From positions 82,028,200 to 82,076,810 of the forward strand of contig NC_057711.1 of NCBI RefSeq assembly GCF_004010195.1: a stretch of 48,611 bases of DNA, written 5' to 3'. The translations under genes and the position numbers were made by a program. Shown here in pieces: positions 35,620 through 48,529 of this stretch. Position 1 is the stretch's first letter, and every line of letters starts with the position of its first letter. This stretch comes from Chiloscyllium plagiosum. Taxonomy: Eukaryota. The notes below the pieces were generated by a model. The model was not told the DNA's origin. It made no database searches and worked only from the letters and a program-made list of their open reading frames with translations.

Positions 35620-36520
35620 ACAAACTTTGATGGGAGGGTGAACTGTGAGGAAGATGCAGAAATACTTCACTGTGATTTGGGCAAGCTGAGAGAGTGACTG
35701 GGCAAATGCTTGCAGCATAATGTGGATTATTGTGAGGATATCCTCTTTGTTAGCAAAAACAGGAAGATAGATTATTATCTAAATGGTAATAAATCAGGAA
35801 AGGTGGAGGTGCAATGAGACCTGAGTGTCCTTGTACACCAATCACTGAAAGTAAGTATGCAGGTGCAGCAGGTAAAGAATAAGGCAAATTGTAGCTGGTC
35901 TTCATAGTGAGAGGATTTGAGTACAGAAGCAGGGGTGTCTTGCTGCAATTGAACTGGGCCTTGTTGACACTTCGAACACTGTGTGTAGTTTTACGTCATT
36001 ACCTGAGGAAGGATGTTCTGGTTATGGTAGGAGAGCAACGAAGGCTTATCAGACTGATTTCTGGGATGGCAGGATGGATGAACGAGGAGACACTGGAATC
36101 AGTTATGAATTGAATTTTTAAGAATAAAGAGGGAATCTTGTGGAAACCTATTAAATTCAAAGAGAACCAGACGGGATAAATGTAGGAAGGATGTTCCCAA
36201 TGACCAGACAATCCACAATCAGATCACAGTCTACGGATATTAGAAGGCCATTTTGGATTGAGATTAGGAGATATTTCTTCACCCAGAAAGCGGTGTGTCT
36301 ATGGAATTCTCTGCTACAGAAAGTGGTTAAGATCAGAACATTAAATCATTTCAAAAAGGAGTAAGTATAGTTCAAAGACTAAAGAGATCAAAGGGTATGG
36401 AGTGAAAGCAGGAATAGAGTACTAATTTGGAATGAACAGCCATGATCACATTGAATGAAAGAGCAGGCTCAAAAGATCAAATAGCCTATTCTGTTCCTAT
36501 TTCTGTGTTTCTATTTCTCT
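35620..36520 (+). mobile_element. CR1 3' fragment
   Basis: Contains gtgaactgtgaggaagatgcaga, RGFEYRSRGVLLQL and ttcttcacccagaaagcggtg, followed by a 3' UTR and tttcta tail. Confidence 0.88.
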
Positions 36521-37391
36521 ATTCTTCGGATTCTGGTATTGTCCAATAATAAATGTCCATAAAACATCAAGTGAAAAGTATAGAACCATCAAGCCAATTA
36601 GAAATACTTTTCAAGCATATCCTTCTGTAAAATATTATGCCATGATAAATTATTTTACTTGTTGTATACATTTCTAAGAAAATCATGCTATTAATTTGTC
36701 CACAATGAAAATTCTCACAGAAACACATTGCTTCATAGACTAATAAATGCCGATCATGACAAGATGATCAAGAAAGCTGACATTATGGAGTATACCTGGG
36801 CCACCAGTAATTGTAGCGTATTAGGCAGCAGATGGGAAAGGAAGACCACCCTGAAGAGGTAGCTGAGTTGCTCTCCAAATTCTGGTAAATCATCCCTTGA
36901 CCAGGAACCAGTGTGATCCTGAACGATCTACAACTGTAAATGTATTAGTGGCATGGGCCTCAATTGCAAGACTCTGTAAATGGTGTGACTAAGTCATGCA
37001 GATGATCTAACCATACAAAATCTTATATTTTAAAACCTGTACAGACACAGTGCCCACCGAAAGGAGTGAGAAAGTTGGTGGAAAGAAGAAGTTGGAGTCA
37101 GCATTAGTAATAGTTTTTGCAGCAATTAAATTTAGAAACAAAACCAGAAACTGCCACTGAACATTCCCAGCCAACTTTACCCTCAACTGTTACAACTTGG
37201 AAATGTAGCTTGAAAAGTAGCAAGCAATTGATGTAGAAAAGTATTTGCTATGAAATTGGAGAGAAAACATCAGCTATCAGGACCATCCAGTATCCCGACT
37301 GTTATATTCATAACTGCACCTCACCAGAGAACTCAGTCTGCATCCTGGTCACAAGAGAGCTTGAAGCATTTTAAATGAATGTACTTTAAAT

Positions 37392-38388
37392 ATGATGTGG
37401 AGGTGCTGGTGTTGGACTGGTGTGGACAAAGTTAAAAATCACACAACACCAGGTTATAGTCCAACAGGTTTATTTGGATTTACAAGCTTTCAGAGTACTG
37501 CTCCTTTGTCAAGTAGCTAGTGGAGCAGAATCATAGACACAGAATTTATAGCATACAACTGGTCATACAACTGCTCATACAACTGGTGCGATATATTGAA
37601 CAAACCTAGATTGCTGCTAAGTCTTTCATCTTGTAGAATGGGCTGCAGGTTTCAATTCATTAATATGTAAAAGATAGCTTAAGGTTTTATAAAAAACTTG
37701 TGGTATCTCAGTTCAGACAATGCACTAAAGGTGCAAGATTAGAGTCTGTATGTATTTCTCTCTCAAACACATGCTCTCTCTCTCAGGCATATACTCCATC
37801 ACACTCACGCACACACTCTATCAAGCACGCACGCACACAGACACACACTCTCTCTCTCTCCCACACACACACACACACACGCATGCATACAAGTTTATGG
37901 GGTGAATTTGCATTTGCAGAATTGTATTTGCAGATGCGTGCTATTTTGTTCAAAAAGCACACAATCTGTAGAGAGTCAATCCATGTGACATTTTATAAAT
38001 TCTTACTTTCGAAATAGAACCAGTCTGACTCAAGACTGGAATACATACAGACTCTAACCTTACACCTCTAATGCACTGTCTGAGCTGAGATGTCACAATT
38101 TGTTTTATAAAACCTTAAGTTATCTCAGGAATGTGACTTGAAAGAAGTTCTGGGATGTACATATTAATGAATCAAAACCTGCAACCTATTCTAAAAGATG
38201 AAAGACTTAATGGTAATCTAGGTTTGATCAATATATTGCATTATTTGTATGATACTATGACCTTTTGCTATAAATTCTGTGTCCTATGATCCTGCTCCAC
38301 TAGCTATCTGACAAAGGAGCAGTGCTCCGAAAGCTTGTACTTAATAAACCTGTTGGACTATAACCTGGTGTTATATGATTTGTACTTT
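37392..38388. mobile_element. Fold-back Penelope-like pLTR element with long inverted arms
   Basis: About 37428-37755 is the reverse complement of about 38042-38388. The centre holds a (CT/CA)n microsatellite and further pLTR sequence. Confidence 0.85.
37552..37587 (+). repeat. 12 bp tandem repeat x3 (CATACAACTGST)
   Basis: catacaactggt catacaactgct catacaactggt. Confidence 0.9.
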
Positions 38389-38803
38389 AATCATATAGTC
38401 TATTCAACATTTTAAGTTATACTGATTGAAGATGAGGGCATTTAAGTAATGAGGCGTCCTTTACTCTCAATCTAGCCTTCATCTTGCTCTTCAAATAATC
38501 AATTTGCACTTTCTTTCCTGGCCCTTCTTCATTATTGAATGACATTATCCCTGGAGCAAACAAAAACTGACCATTTTGTAAAAGGGCTGGAATTCAATAA
38601 ATCAATGAAAACTTCTGTTATTATTCCATTTCACTCAAATGAATGGAATTTAAAAAGACTTTTTAGGGACAAGAAATTAAACAAAATAATTTTTTTAAAG
38701 TGTCTGTGCAATTAACATCATTGTAATTTCAATTGTAAATGAAGTTGTTTAGCACAAACATGTAGAAAGTTCCATTTTGTCCTTTAGGATTACTGATGCT
38801 GCT

Positions 38804-39104
38804 TTAGATTAGATTAGGAAACAGGCCCTTCGGCCCAATAAGTCCACACCAACCCTCCGGAGTAACACACCCCAACCCTATATTTCCCCTTGCCTAATGC
38901 ACCTAACACTACGGACAATTTAGCATGGCCAATTCACCTAACCTGCACATCTTTGGATTGTGGGAGGAAACCAGAGCACCCAGAGGAAACCCACGCAGAC
39001 ACAGGGAGAATGTGCAAACTCCAAACAGACAGTTGCCCGAGGCTGGAATCGAACCCCGGTCCCTGGTGCTGTGAGGCAGCAGTGCTAACCACTGAGCCAC
39101 CGTG
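38804..39104 (-). mobile_element. HE1-like V-SINE
   Basis: Homologous to 22209-22537, with A/B boxes and a (TCTAA)n tail on the minus strand. Confidence 0.94.
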
Positions 39105-39477
39105 GTAAGAAAGAAACCTACTAAATATATTAATTCATCTGGCAAAGACAGTTAAAATTTGCAAGGTACTAACCTAAATAAGCCGCAACAAGCAGGATCT
39201 GTTCACTGTGCAGTCAGTACTTCATCCAGAAAACATTATTTATGCTAGTATCAAACTGCTAGAAAACATCGCACACATGTATATAAATAAACATAAACAT
39301 AAATAAATGTAAAATCTCCCAGCTGACAGATGTGATGATGTGCCGAGCAACATCTAAGGGTTGTCAAGGCACTGATTATACTCAAGGGTATAATTTCCCA
39401 CAGTACATAGTAGAGAAAAAAACTAAAATGCAAATCCAACAGGTGTGTACAAAATAAACCCGAAGCAAAATTGCACA

Positions 39478-39625
39478 TTGTAAATATTCTCACTTGCTTT
39501 CCCACTCCTGCTTTCTCTCCAAATCCCTTGATACCTTTAGCTGCAAGGGTCACCTCCAGCTTTCTCTTGAATATATCTAATAAACTGGCCCCAAATGCTT
39601 TCTGTAGGAAGGAATTCCACAGGTT
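39478..39625 (-). mobile_element. CR1 3' end fragment
   Basis: ORF 39251-39640(-) begins NLWNSFLQKA...DIFKRKLEVTLAAKGIKGFG. Confidence 0.75.
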
Positions 39626-40496
39626 TATGTTTTTTCTCAATTTTCAAATTGCTAACAGAGGGACTTGAAGGGATTTCACTCCACTTGGGAGGAGAGAAGC
39701 AATATTGATTTAAAGTCTCCATCCATCAGCCATAACAATGGGAACACAATGTACAACACTGCTATGGAATTCATGATATGACAAACATTTACTGCATTCT
39801 CCATTTACAGCATATCATTTGAATACATTTATCTATGCTAAGTTGATTAAAGTAAACTTCTGTCATTTACGGTGGAAAATCCTAGAAGTGGGAGTGGGCC
39901 TCAAGGAGTCTACAGAATACCCCCTTGTGATTAATTTTATTAGATCCAGCAAAAATTCAGTCCAAGTTCTCTTAATTTTCCTAATTTATTTCACTCTGAA
40001 AAAGAGTGGGTGAAGTGAGTAATTTTCACTCTGGCATCTGTAAGCACCATTTATAATTGATACAGTCTCAAATCAGTAATTTGCTTTGTGTAAATTGCAA
40101 ACATGGATCTATGGTTAATATATGGTGTTATGGTTCACCACAGAACACACCACACTGCCACATGAACCAATAAGATGTGCCATTAAAGTGACACCACATT
40201 TAACAGTTTCATAAACCTGACATAAGTGATTTCTGAAGTGACTTGAAGTTTTAATTGTATGTTTCTCTCCACAAATCCTCCTTTCATCCCATCTGCTTTC
40301 CATAAAATAATAGCAAAAGTTCTGAGGGAGAGTCATATCACATTCATTTTTTTCCAAACCTTTGAAATTATATCATTGGTACTGTCCCAAATTTCCCAAA
40401 ATGCGTCACTTATTACTTTTGTGGATTAAACTTCATCTTTCATGTGAGTGCTCTTTTCAACACTATATCTATTTTTTTTTTCTGAAGTACAAGCAT

Positions 40497-41700
40497 AACA
40501 ACATAAAAAATAGGAATAGCAAAATACCATACAGTCTATCAAGCCTATGTGGGATTCAATCTCACGTTCCTACCTACTATCCCATATCCCTTGATTCCTT
40601 AAGACACCAGAAAAATGTTTCTTTCGGCCTTAAATATGTTTAATAATGATGCACTGTGGAATGAAAGAACTCCCTTCCTACCAGCATTATAGATCAACTT
40701 GCACAAACTGCAATGCAGCATTTTAAGGAGGTAGCTCACTTCTACCTTCTCAATGGCAACTAGGGATGGGCAAGAAATGCTGGCCAAGCCAGTGACATCC
40801 ATATCGTATAAACAAATGCAAAAGAATTTACATCTCTCAGAGGTAGACAATTCCAGTGTGTCAATATTTTGAACAAAGAAATTTCTCATTATTTCAATCT
40901 TGAATGATCAGCCCATTATTGTGAAACTGTATCCCCTTGTTTTGGAGTCTCCAGCCAGAGGAACCAGTTTCTCAGTATCTACTCTGTCATAGCTGCCATA
41001 ATCTTGAATGGTGATGTAATTGAAACCATCATTCTTCTAAACTCCAGAGAATATAGAGCCAATTTACTCAGGCTCTTAGCATATCCATCTCATCCCAGGG
41101 ACTAATCTAGTGAACTTTTGCTGTAATGCCTTCAAGCATGTATATCCTTTCTGAAATATGGAAACCAAAATTGCACAGTCTCCCATAAGTCTCACCAAAG
41201 TCCTGTGCAATTATAGCAAGATTTCCTTAATTTTCGATTCCAATCCCCTTTCAATTAAGATCACCACGCTATTTGTTTTCCTTATGCTTGTTGTACTTGC
41301 ATGTGTTCCTTATACAAGTATATCCAAATCTCAATGGGTACAAGATTTACAAGTTCTACACCTTTTAAAAAACAATGCATTTTAGTATTGTTATGCTATG
41401 AAGTGAATAACATCACGCTTCCCCACATTATACTTCATCTACTGTTTTGCTGCCCACTCATTTAACCTATCTACATTGCTTTACAGCCTGTTTCTGCCCT
41501 CCTCACAGCTTACATTCTCATGCAACTTTATATCATCAGCAAACTTACATTACTCTCTATCTTTTCATCCATCTCATAAATGTACATTATAAATAGATGA
41601 GGCCCCAGCACTCATTCTTGTGGCCCCACTAGTTGTAGCCCAGTCACTTAAAAATGCCCCATTTAGCCTCTTTCTGCTTCCTGCCCATTCACCAGTCCAG
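40497..41700 (-). mobile_element. CR1 3' portion, interrupted by an oppositely oriented LINE/SINE tail at about 40650-40820
   Basis: Contains tatcatcagcaaac (FADD on the minus strand), ggccccagcac (VLGP) and CR1 3' UTR sequence. Confidence 0.85.
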
Positions 41701-42619
41701 TCACCTTATCAAATATGCTTAATTTAATTCATATAAACAATTAATAAAAAGAACATAGAACTCAAAGAGGGTAATGATTAGACTTTTGGAAGTTTGTGAT
41801 CACAGTTACCTACCACAGGTAGTTGATCATTCATAAGAAATTTTCAAACAGTTTATTTTGGTTTGCGAAGAAGCAGTTTAGAATTGATACTTCAGTTAAT
41901 TAGACAAAAAACATAAAACATGTGACAATTGAGAATGGTTCACTGATATCAGAGGACAAACAGGCAGTGATATGGAGTGGGTCAATTTCATTGAAGTTGC
42001 AAAGGCAGTACCCTGTCGAAGTGTTAGAATTTTTCCTTGGGTCTTTGCTCAATCCTTTCTGATCACATTCCTTTGAAAAAAAAAGTTTCCTGTTGAGGAT
42101 TCACCTCTACAAGGACTGACTGACAACGACTGGTCTTGTTGATTACCCTACTTCTAGCGGTTGGTGTTTTAATTTGTGTCAGTCATCCTTTTGAATCCTT
42201 CTAGCCCATGGACTCGAGACAGGTACTCAAGTTGTCAGGATAAACATTCTCTGCTGCCCACCTTCATTTGATGGTTAATTATCATCCTTTTTGGAAACAA
42301 AAAACACTACTTTTTCTAAACACTGCATTAATTGCAGGCTACATATGGTGCCATAGAGTTCTTTGGCATCAGCCTATTAAACATAGTGGCTTTTATTGTC
42401 ACTTGCATTTCTCTTGTTTATTGAAAATTGTTTATGTTTGGAGAAAACAAGCAACTGCTATAAAAGCAGTTAAATGAGATTTCATGCTACACAGGAAAAC
42501 CTAGAAAATTCAGTTTCAAAGGAACCCAGTGCACAGGTCATAATTAAATGTATTATACGAAACTGTTCTTTTTGTTAAAATGTTGTCCCACCTTTTATAT
42601 GTATATTGCCAACTAAATA

Positions 42620-42792
42620 TCCTAACCTTATCTAATCCCATTTGCCAACATTTAGCCCATATCCCTCCAAACCCTCCCTATTCATATACCCATATAGATG
42701 TTTTTAAAGTGTTGTAATTGTTCCAGCCCACATCACCTCCTCTGGTAACTCATTCTATACACGCACCACCCTCTGCGTCAAAAAGTTGCCTG
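42620..42792 (-). mobile_element. CR1 3' end fragment
   Basis: Collinear with 24075-24250 (atcccatttgcca...cctattcatatacccat...caccaccctctg). Confidence 0.8.
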
Positions 42793-43904
42793 TTTCCATG
42801 CTATACATCTCTAAGACTCTATGACTCTAATTGTACCAAAGCTCTACACTGAAACTAAAACTCTTCACACCAAAAAACCGAAGTAATTAAGGAAACATAG
42901 CATTTTAGATAAGTGAAAACTGGCCAAAGAAAGCAAAAAAAGCCACAAAAGCAAGACAGCAACATTTTTCCTTCTGGTGTCTGCCAACTTTGTTTTAATG
43001 TGATTAAGAAACTGGTTAGGAATGTGCTTCTGCAATGCTCCACTTTGCCTATATTTTCTCAACAGTTGAGCCACATATGTGGACTGGCATATGTAAATCA
43101 AGTTGACATTAATGAAACAGCACTGTTGCTCTATTTAAATTCCAGACAGAAAGTGTAGCTGCATTAAGTCACTGAGATGTAATTTTAAATGGCCTGTAGA
43201 AATAGTAATCTTTGTGGAAACCACTACAGTTAGTCTGTTTTATTTCTGTGCCTCCCTTAGGTCTTTTTCACATTGCCATTTCAACAGCTTGTAGCCTGAT
43301 TGTTCCCTTGATATGCTTTAGCCATCCCCCTTAGTAACATTCTGTCAGTTGCATCATCTGAAAATACAACTAGCATGGCCTTCTCAAGGAAAATTAGTGA
43401 AGGACAATAAATTCTACCATAGCCAGTGTCACCCACATCAAAGACCAAATAAAGAAATTACTTTATTTCTGATTTGACTTCTGGTGACAAGTGACAATAC
43501 TGAGGCCCTACTTTGTTTCCTTGATGGTAAGGATGTCATTCATGTCTGTATATCCACTGGTCATAATATTCAAACTCTTGAGACAAATCAAATATTCATA
43601 ATAATATCAAATAATATCAAAACTACACACAGTTGCTGTCTGCCACTGCAATCATGGGGCTATTAGGATCATAGTCTTTCTTCTGATTTTTTTTAGGTTT
43701 CAACCATCACATTACACATCCCTCCTCCCCGACTGAAGGTTCATAAAATACTATTATTATTAAAGACATGGATTCTAAAGAGAGGGGAATTAGCTTTTGG
43801 TTTTAGTTCTGTAAAGAGGACTTGTAATTATTTGGGGAATTCAGAAAGTCATTTTGAACGTTAAACAAAAAACAGCATTTCCAAAAAATCTTGTGACTTA
43901 AGCC

Positions 43905-46125
43905 CATAAGAAATCGGAACAGGAGTAGGCCTTTTCAAGCCTGCTCCACCATTCAACAGGATCATGGCAGATCCAACATTCCTCACATCCACATTCCAGC
44001 ACCTTCCCCATAGCTCTCAAAATCACCTACTGATCAAGAATTTATCACAGCTTTAAATATACTCAAGGAATCTGGCCACAGAGATGTCCGTGGCAAGGAG
44101 TTCCAAACCTCATTCCAAACCTGATGACCCTTGGAGAGAAGAAATTCCTTGTCATCACAGTCTTAAATTGGCATCCCATTATTCTGAAACCATGATCTCT
44201 GGTCCTAGACTCTCCCAAGAGGAAAAATATCATCTCAGCATTTAGCCTACCAGCCCCTTAACAATCTTATATGTTACAATGAGATCACCTCTCAGTCTTC
44301 AAAATTTCAGTGAATAGTATCTCATCCTGCTTACCTTTTGCTCATAAGAAAATGCCCTCCAGATCAGTGATCATCCGAGAGAGCCTTCTCAGAGCTGCCG
44401 GCAATGAAATTATATATTTCCTTAATTAAGAGGACCAAAACTGCTCACAGTACTCAGTTATAGTCTCACTAGTACCTTGAACAGTTGCATTAAGACTTCC
44501 CTATTCTTATACTTCAACCTTCTTGAAATAAGGGCCAACATTCCATTAACCTTCCTGATCACCTGCTGCATCTAAGTGCTAGTTTTTTGTGTTTCATACT
44601 CAAGTACCCCCAAGTCCCTTTGTGTTGCAGCTTTCTGCAGTTTTTCTCCATTTAAATAACATTCTGTCCTTTTGTTCTTCCTCTGAAAATGAACAACTTC
44701 ACATTTTCTCACATTATATTCCATTTACCAATTTGTGTCCACTTATTTAACTTATCAATATCTCTCTGTAGACTTATTCTACCTGCCTCACAACCTGTCT
44801 TTCTAAATATTTCTGTGTCATCTAAAGATTTGGCTACAGTGCATTCACTTCTTTCGTCCAAGTCATTCATGTATATTTGTAAACAACTATGATCCTTGGT
44901 TCAGGTCGGCAAGGTGAAAAAGAACCCCTTACTCCCTACTCGCTGTTTCCTGCCTATTAGTCATTTCTTTGTCCATCACAATATACTACCTCAACACCAT
45001 GGACTCTTATCTTATGACTTAACCTTTCATAGGGTACCTTGTCAAACTCCTTCTGGAGGTCCAAATACAACACATCCACTGGTTCCCGTCCATCTTCTGG
45101 TTTAGACTTTCTCAAAAGACTCTAATAAATTAGTCAACACAATTTCCCTTCCATGAAGTCATGCTGACTCTGCTTGAGAAGAATATGATTTTCCAAACAT
45201 TCTGCTTTAACTTCATTAATAATTTATTCCAATATTTTTCCAACTATAGATGTTGGGTTAATTTGCTAGGCACCCCTTTTTGCCTCTTTCCCTTTTTAAA
45301 TCAGTGTCACATTGGCTGTGTTCCAATCCTCTAATACTTCTCCAGAGATGTATTAATTTATCTTAGGGGTGACAGACACTTAAATAGAGAATGCATGTTT
45401 CTCAGCAGAAGTACATTCCAGTAAAGAGGAAAGATTCCACGAGAGGGATAAACCAACAATGGCCAACCAAAAATGTTAAGGTGAATATTAAGTTAAAAGA
45501 AATACCAAGGAACTTTGGAAAATTACAACCAATGCACCCAGCATCTCTGCAGCTATTTCTTCTTATGATTCTAGAATGGAAGCCATCAGGGTCAGGGGAT
45601 TTATCTGTCTTTAGTCCCATTAGTTTGTCTCATACTATTTAGCTTGTGATGGTGATGGTACTTAATTCCTCCCCTGCATTCTTTAGTATGAATAGAATGT
45701 CCAAAGTATCTTGCACTGTAAAAACTGATGTAAAATATCGTTTAATTTCTCTAGCATTTCCTTATTCCACATAATCGTCACTCACTATGTTCATTTTCTT
45801 AGGGGCCTATGTTCACTTTGATTTCTCTGTGTTTTATATATTTAATGAAGTTCTTGTTGTCAGTATTTGTATTCTTCACTAGTCTGCCCTCACAGTTTAG
45901 TTTCTCTCTATTATCTTTTTAGTCCTCCTTTGCCAGAATTTGATTTTTTCCCAGTCTTTGTGACTATCACTGACTTTTGTCTTCTTATATGCTTTTCCAT
46001 TCAACTTAACATTCTCCTTAGCTTTCTTGGTTAGCCATGGTTGGTTTATCCCTATCTTAGTTCTTTCCTCCTTACAGGGATTGGTTTTTGCTTAGCGCCA
46101 TGAACTACCTCCTTAAATGTTAGCC
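43905..46125 (-). mobile_element. CR1 LINE, 5'-truncated
   Basis: ORF 45402-45620(-) contains LKTDKSPDPDGFHSRI, and aatttcccttccatgaagtcatgctgact encodes SQHDFMEGKL on the minus strand. The 3' UTR and cataag tail are present. Same subfamily as 14780-17530. Confidence 0.92.
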
Positions 46126-46506
46126 ACACTTAAGCTAAATTAGTAAATAAGTTACCTGGTTGGATAATTGTTCAAGTGTTCACAAAGTTGAGCCTTTAGG
46201 ACCTACAAGGGCCACAAGCAGGTTCAGTTCAGAAGACAAAGAAAATCTATACCAGCAGAAGGACAGTTTAGATTTGGCAGTGTGATGCTACCAAGGCTGG
46301 AAGGAAGCCTTAAGCTGTTTTAACCCTCTAAGTAGACAGGCTGGAAAATGCCCTGAGCTTTTTGTAGAGTTCAGTAAGAGAAGTCAGTGAGTTAGCCAGT
46401 GTCTTTCTCTCTGGAAAAGATAGAAAGAATCACACCGAGTTAATATGTAGAAAGTTGTTGAACAGAAATACTTGTGACTTTGTCAGTTGAATGTGATGTT
46501 TTCAAG

Positions 46507-46715
46507 GAGAAAGTGAGGTCTGCAGATGCTGGAGATCAGAGCTGAAAATGTGTTGCTGGAAAAGCGCAGCAGGTCAGGCAGCATCCAAGGAACAGGAGAA
46601 TCGACGTTTCGGGCATAGGCCCTTCCTGAAGAAGGGCCTATGCCCGAAACGTCGATTCTCCTGTTCCATGGATGCTGCTTGACCTGCTGCGCTTTTCCAG
46701 CAACACATTTTCAGC
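46507..46715. mobile_element. 209 bp fold-back Penelope-like pLTR insertion with a 15 bp TSD
   Basis: Arms 46540-46625 and 46631-46716 are reverse complements with 2 mismatches. TGTGATGTTTTCAAG occurs at 46492-46506 and 46716-46730. Confidence 0.92.
46624..46658 (+). ncRNA. Minimal hammerhead ribozyme motif at the apex of the fold-back
   Basis: Reads TC-CTGAAGA-A-GGGC(CTAT)GCCC-GAAA-CG-TC-GATTC. The core is intact but stem I is shortened by the inversion junction. Confidence 0.7.
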
Positions 46716-48529
46716 TGTGATGTTTTCAAGTAAAGATAAGAACTATCTGGGATGAGTGACTGTAAATAAGCTTGCAGGGAAAGAAAAGTAAATCATTATT
46801 TTTACTATTTATTATCAGCTCTTTTAAAATTGTCATATATACACATATGAAGTTTCTCTTTGGTGCATTAAATGTAATTTTCTTCTGTTAAATGTGCATG
46901 GAATACATTCATTCAGTGACCAATCACCACAGTAACTACTGGCCTAACAATCAAGGTTTCAATCTGGAATCTGACTTGTCCAGTATTAGCATTGTTTGGC
47001 ACACAAGAAATGCAAGATTACAGGCACAAACCTCCTAACTCAACCACGCCTCTAGTTTCAGTAAGCATCTCTTCATAACTACTCATATTAAATCTCTATT
47101 AATACCCAACACTTACATTCAATCAAATGCAACAGACAATCAGCATCAACATTCTTCCTATAATAGCATATTCAGTACAATTTCCAAATTTGACAAAGTC
47201 AATATCAATAAATTAGTGATGAAAATACACAGATCAGCAATCCTGACACTTACTGACTTGCCCAGGAGCTCCATTATTGGCCAGCTAAAATATACAAACT
47301 CAAAGGGACAGCATCTACCTCTAATGGGCCCAATGGACATCCACAATTTTGTAGATAAATCCTGAGTCCCAGCCAATCCTGACTTACCAAGTACACCAAT
47401 TTGAGATTGCTCAGGACACAAAAATGTGTCTCCCACCCTTCCAACTGAAATTTTGCAATTAAGCCAAGAAATACCTGAATAATTTTTATCCCATAATGCT
47501 TAGATCTGGGGGCAGTCACTTTGTTGGCTAGACAGCTAGCATATAGATCAGATTAGTGCCAATAGCATGGGGCTCAATCCCTGATCTGACTAGTGGATGC
47601 ATAATTTGACATAATTGTGTCAATAAACGTACAATATCTAACCACCTTCCAAAGAAAAGCCAGTTGAAGTCTGCACAAAACTAACTCTAAATAAAACACA
47701 CAGTTAATTAGTGATAAATTTGAAATGTCAGATGGCAAGGTAATGTTTATGCAAATACATTGTGCCATTTCAAAACATTTTCCCACCTAATCTTTATATA
47801 GCAACACAGACCCAGCTGTCAGAATTAGCAGAACTGTAGCAGTGTAAATTAAATCCAATTAGTGGAAGTGGCTCCTGAAGTAATGTCCAAACTGAAATTT
47901 CCATTTAAAAATCATTAGTCAGTCAAAGGCATAAATTTTGGTAAATGGAGCATTCTAAATACTTATAAATTTTCAAGATGGAAAGTAACTTTCAGTTTCT
48001 GTGTTTTAATCTGCACAAGATTTAACAGACTGTATTAATATGCATCATATGCATTCACACAATTCTTTTATAACTGTTAAAGAGAAAGCATAAAGCACTA
48101 AATTGGATCACATGTGTATTGTAATTGCAATAACCAGATACTGCAAATCAACTGGTAGGGTGCTCTCCACAAATATATCAAGGCACTTTGTCTGCTTCTA
48201 CTTGTATCTCCACACTGTTTTTGTGAGAAAGAAAAATGTCAAAACTGTACAGGATTTAAATACCTGTAAATCTTTGCACTTAATGTGGTTTGTGTGATAA
48301 CTTCACATCCACCTGTGTCACTACTAAGATGTTCTTATTTGATTATGTAAATGACCCAAAGGTGCCAACAATTATTTAAACAAGTCCTTTTTTTCAATCT
48401 TCTGGTATTAAATCAGCAAAATCTAGAAAACCAAGAATTATAAGAGGGAAAAATCCAATACTAGTGAGTTTCCACTATTATTTTGCCAATTAGAATTACT
48501 AACATTGACAGTAGATACACAGTACAGGT

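Noticed and set aside
37552..37587. Short direct repeats considered as a CRISPR-like array
   Set aside because: No spacers, eukaryotic context, and a simple tandem expansion inside a pLTR.
38308..38340. Hammerhead-like motif CTGACAA-A-GGAGC(AGT)GCTCC-GAAA-GCTT
   Set aside because: Core G8 is replaced by A, so it is not called as a functional ribozyme and is treated as a decayed copy.
46130..46995. Possible solo LTR hosting the hairpin insertion
   Set aside because: The composition is suggestive, but no TG...CA termini or TSD could be identified.
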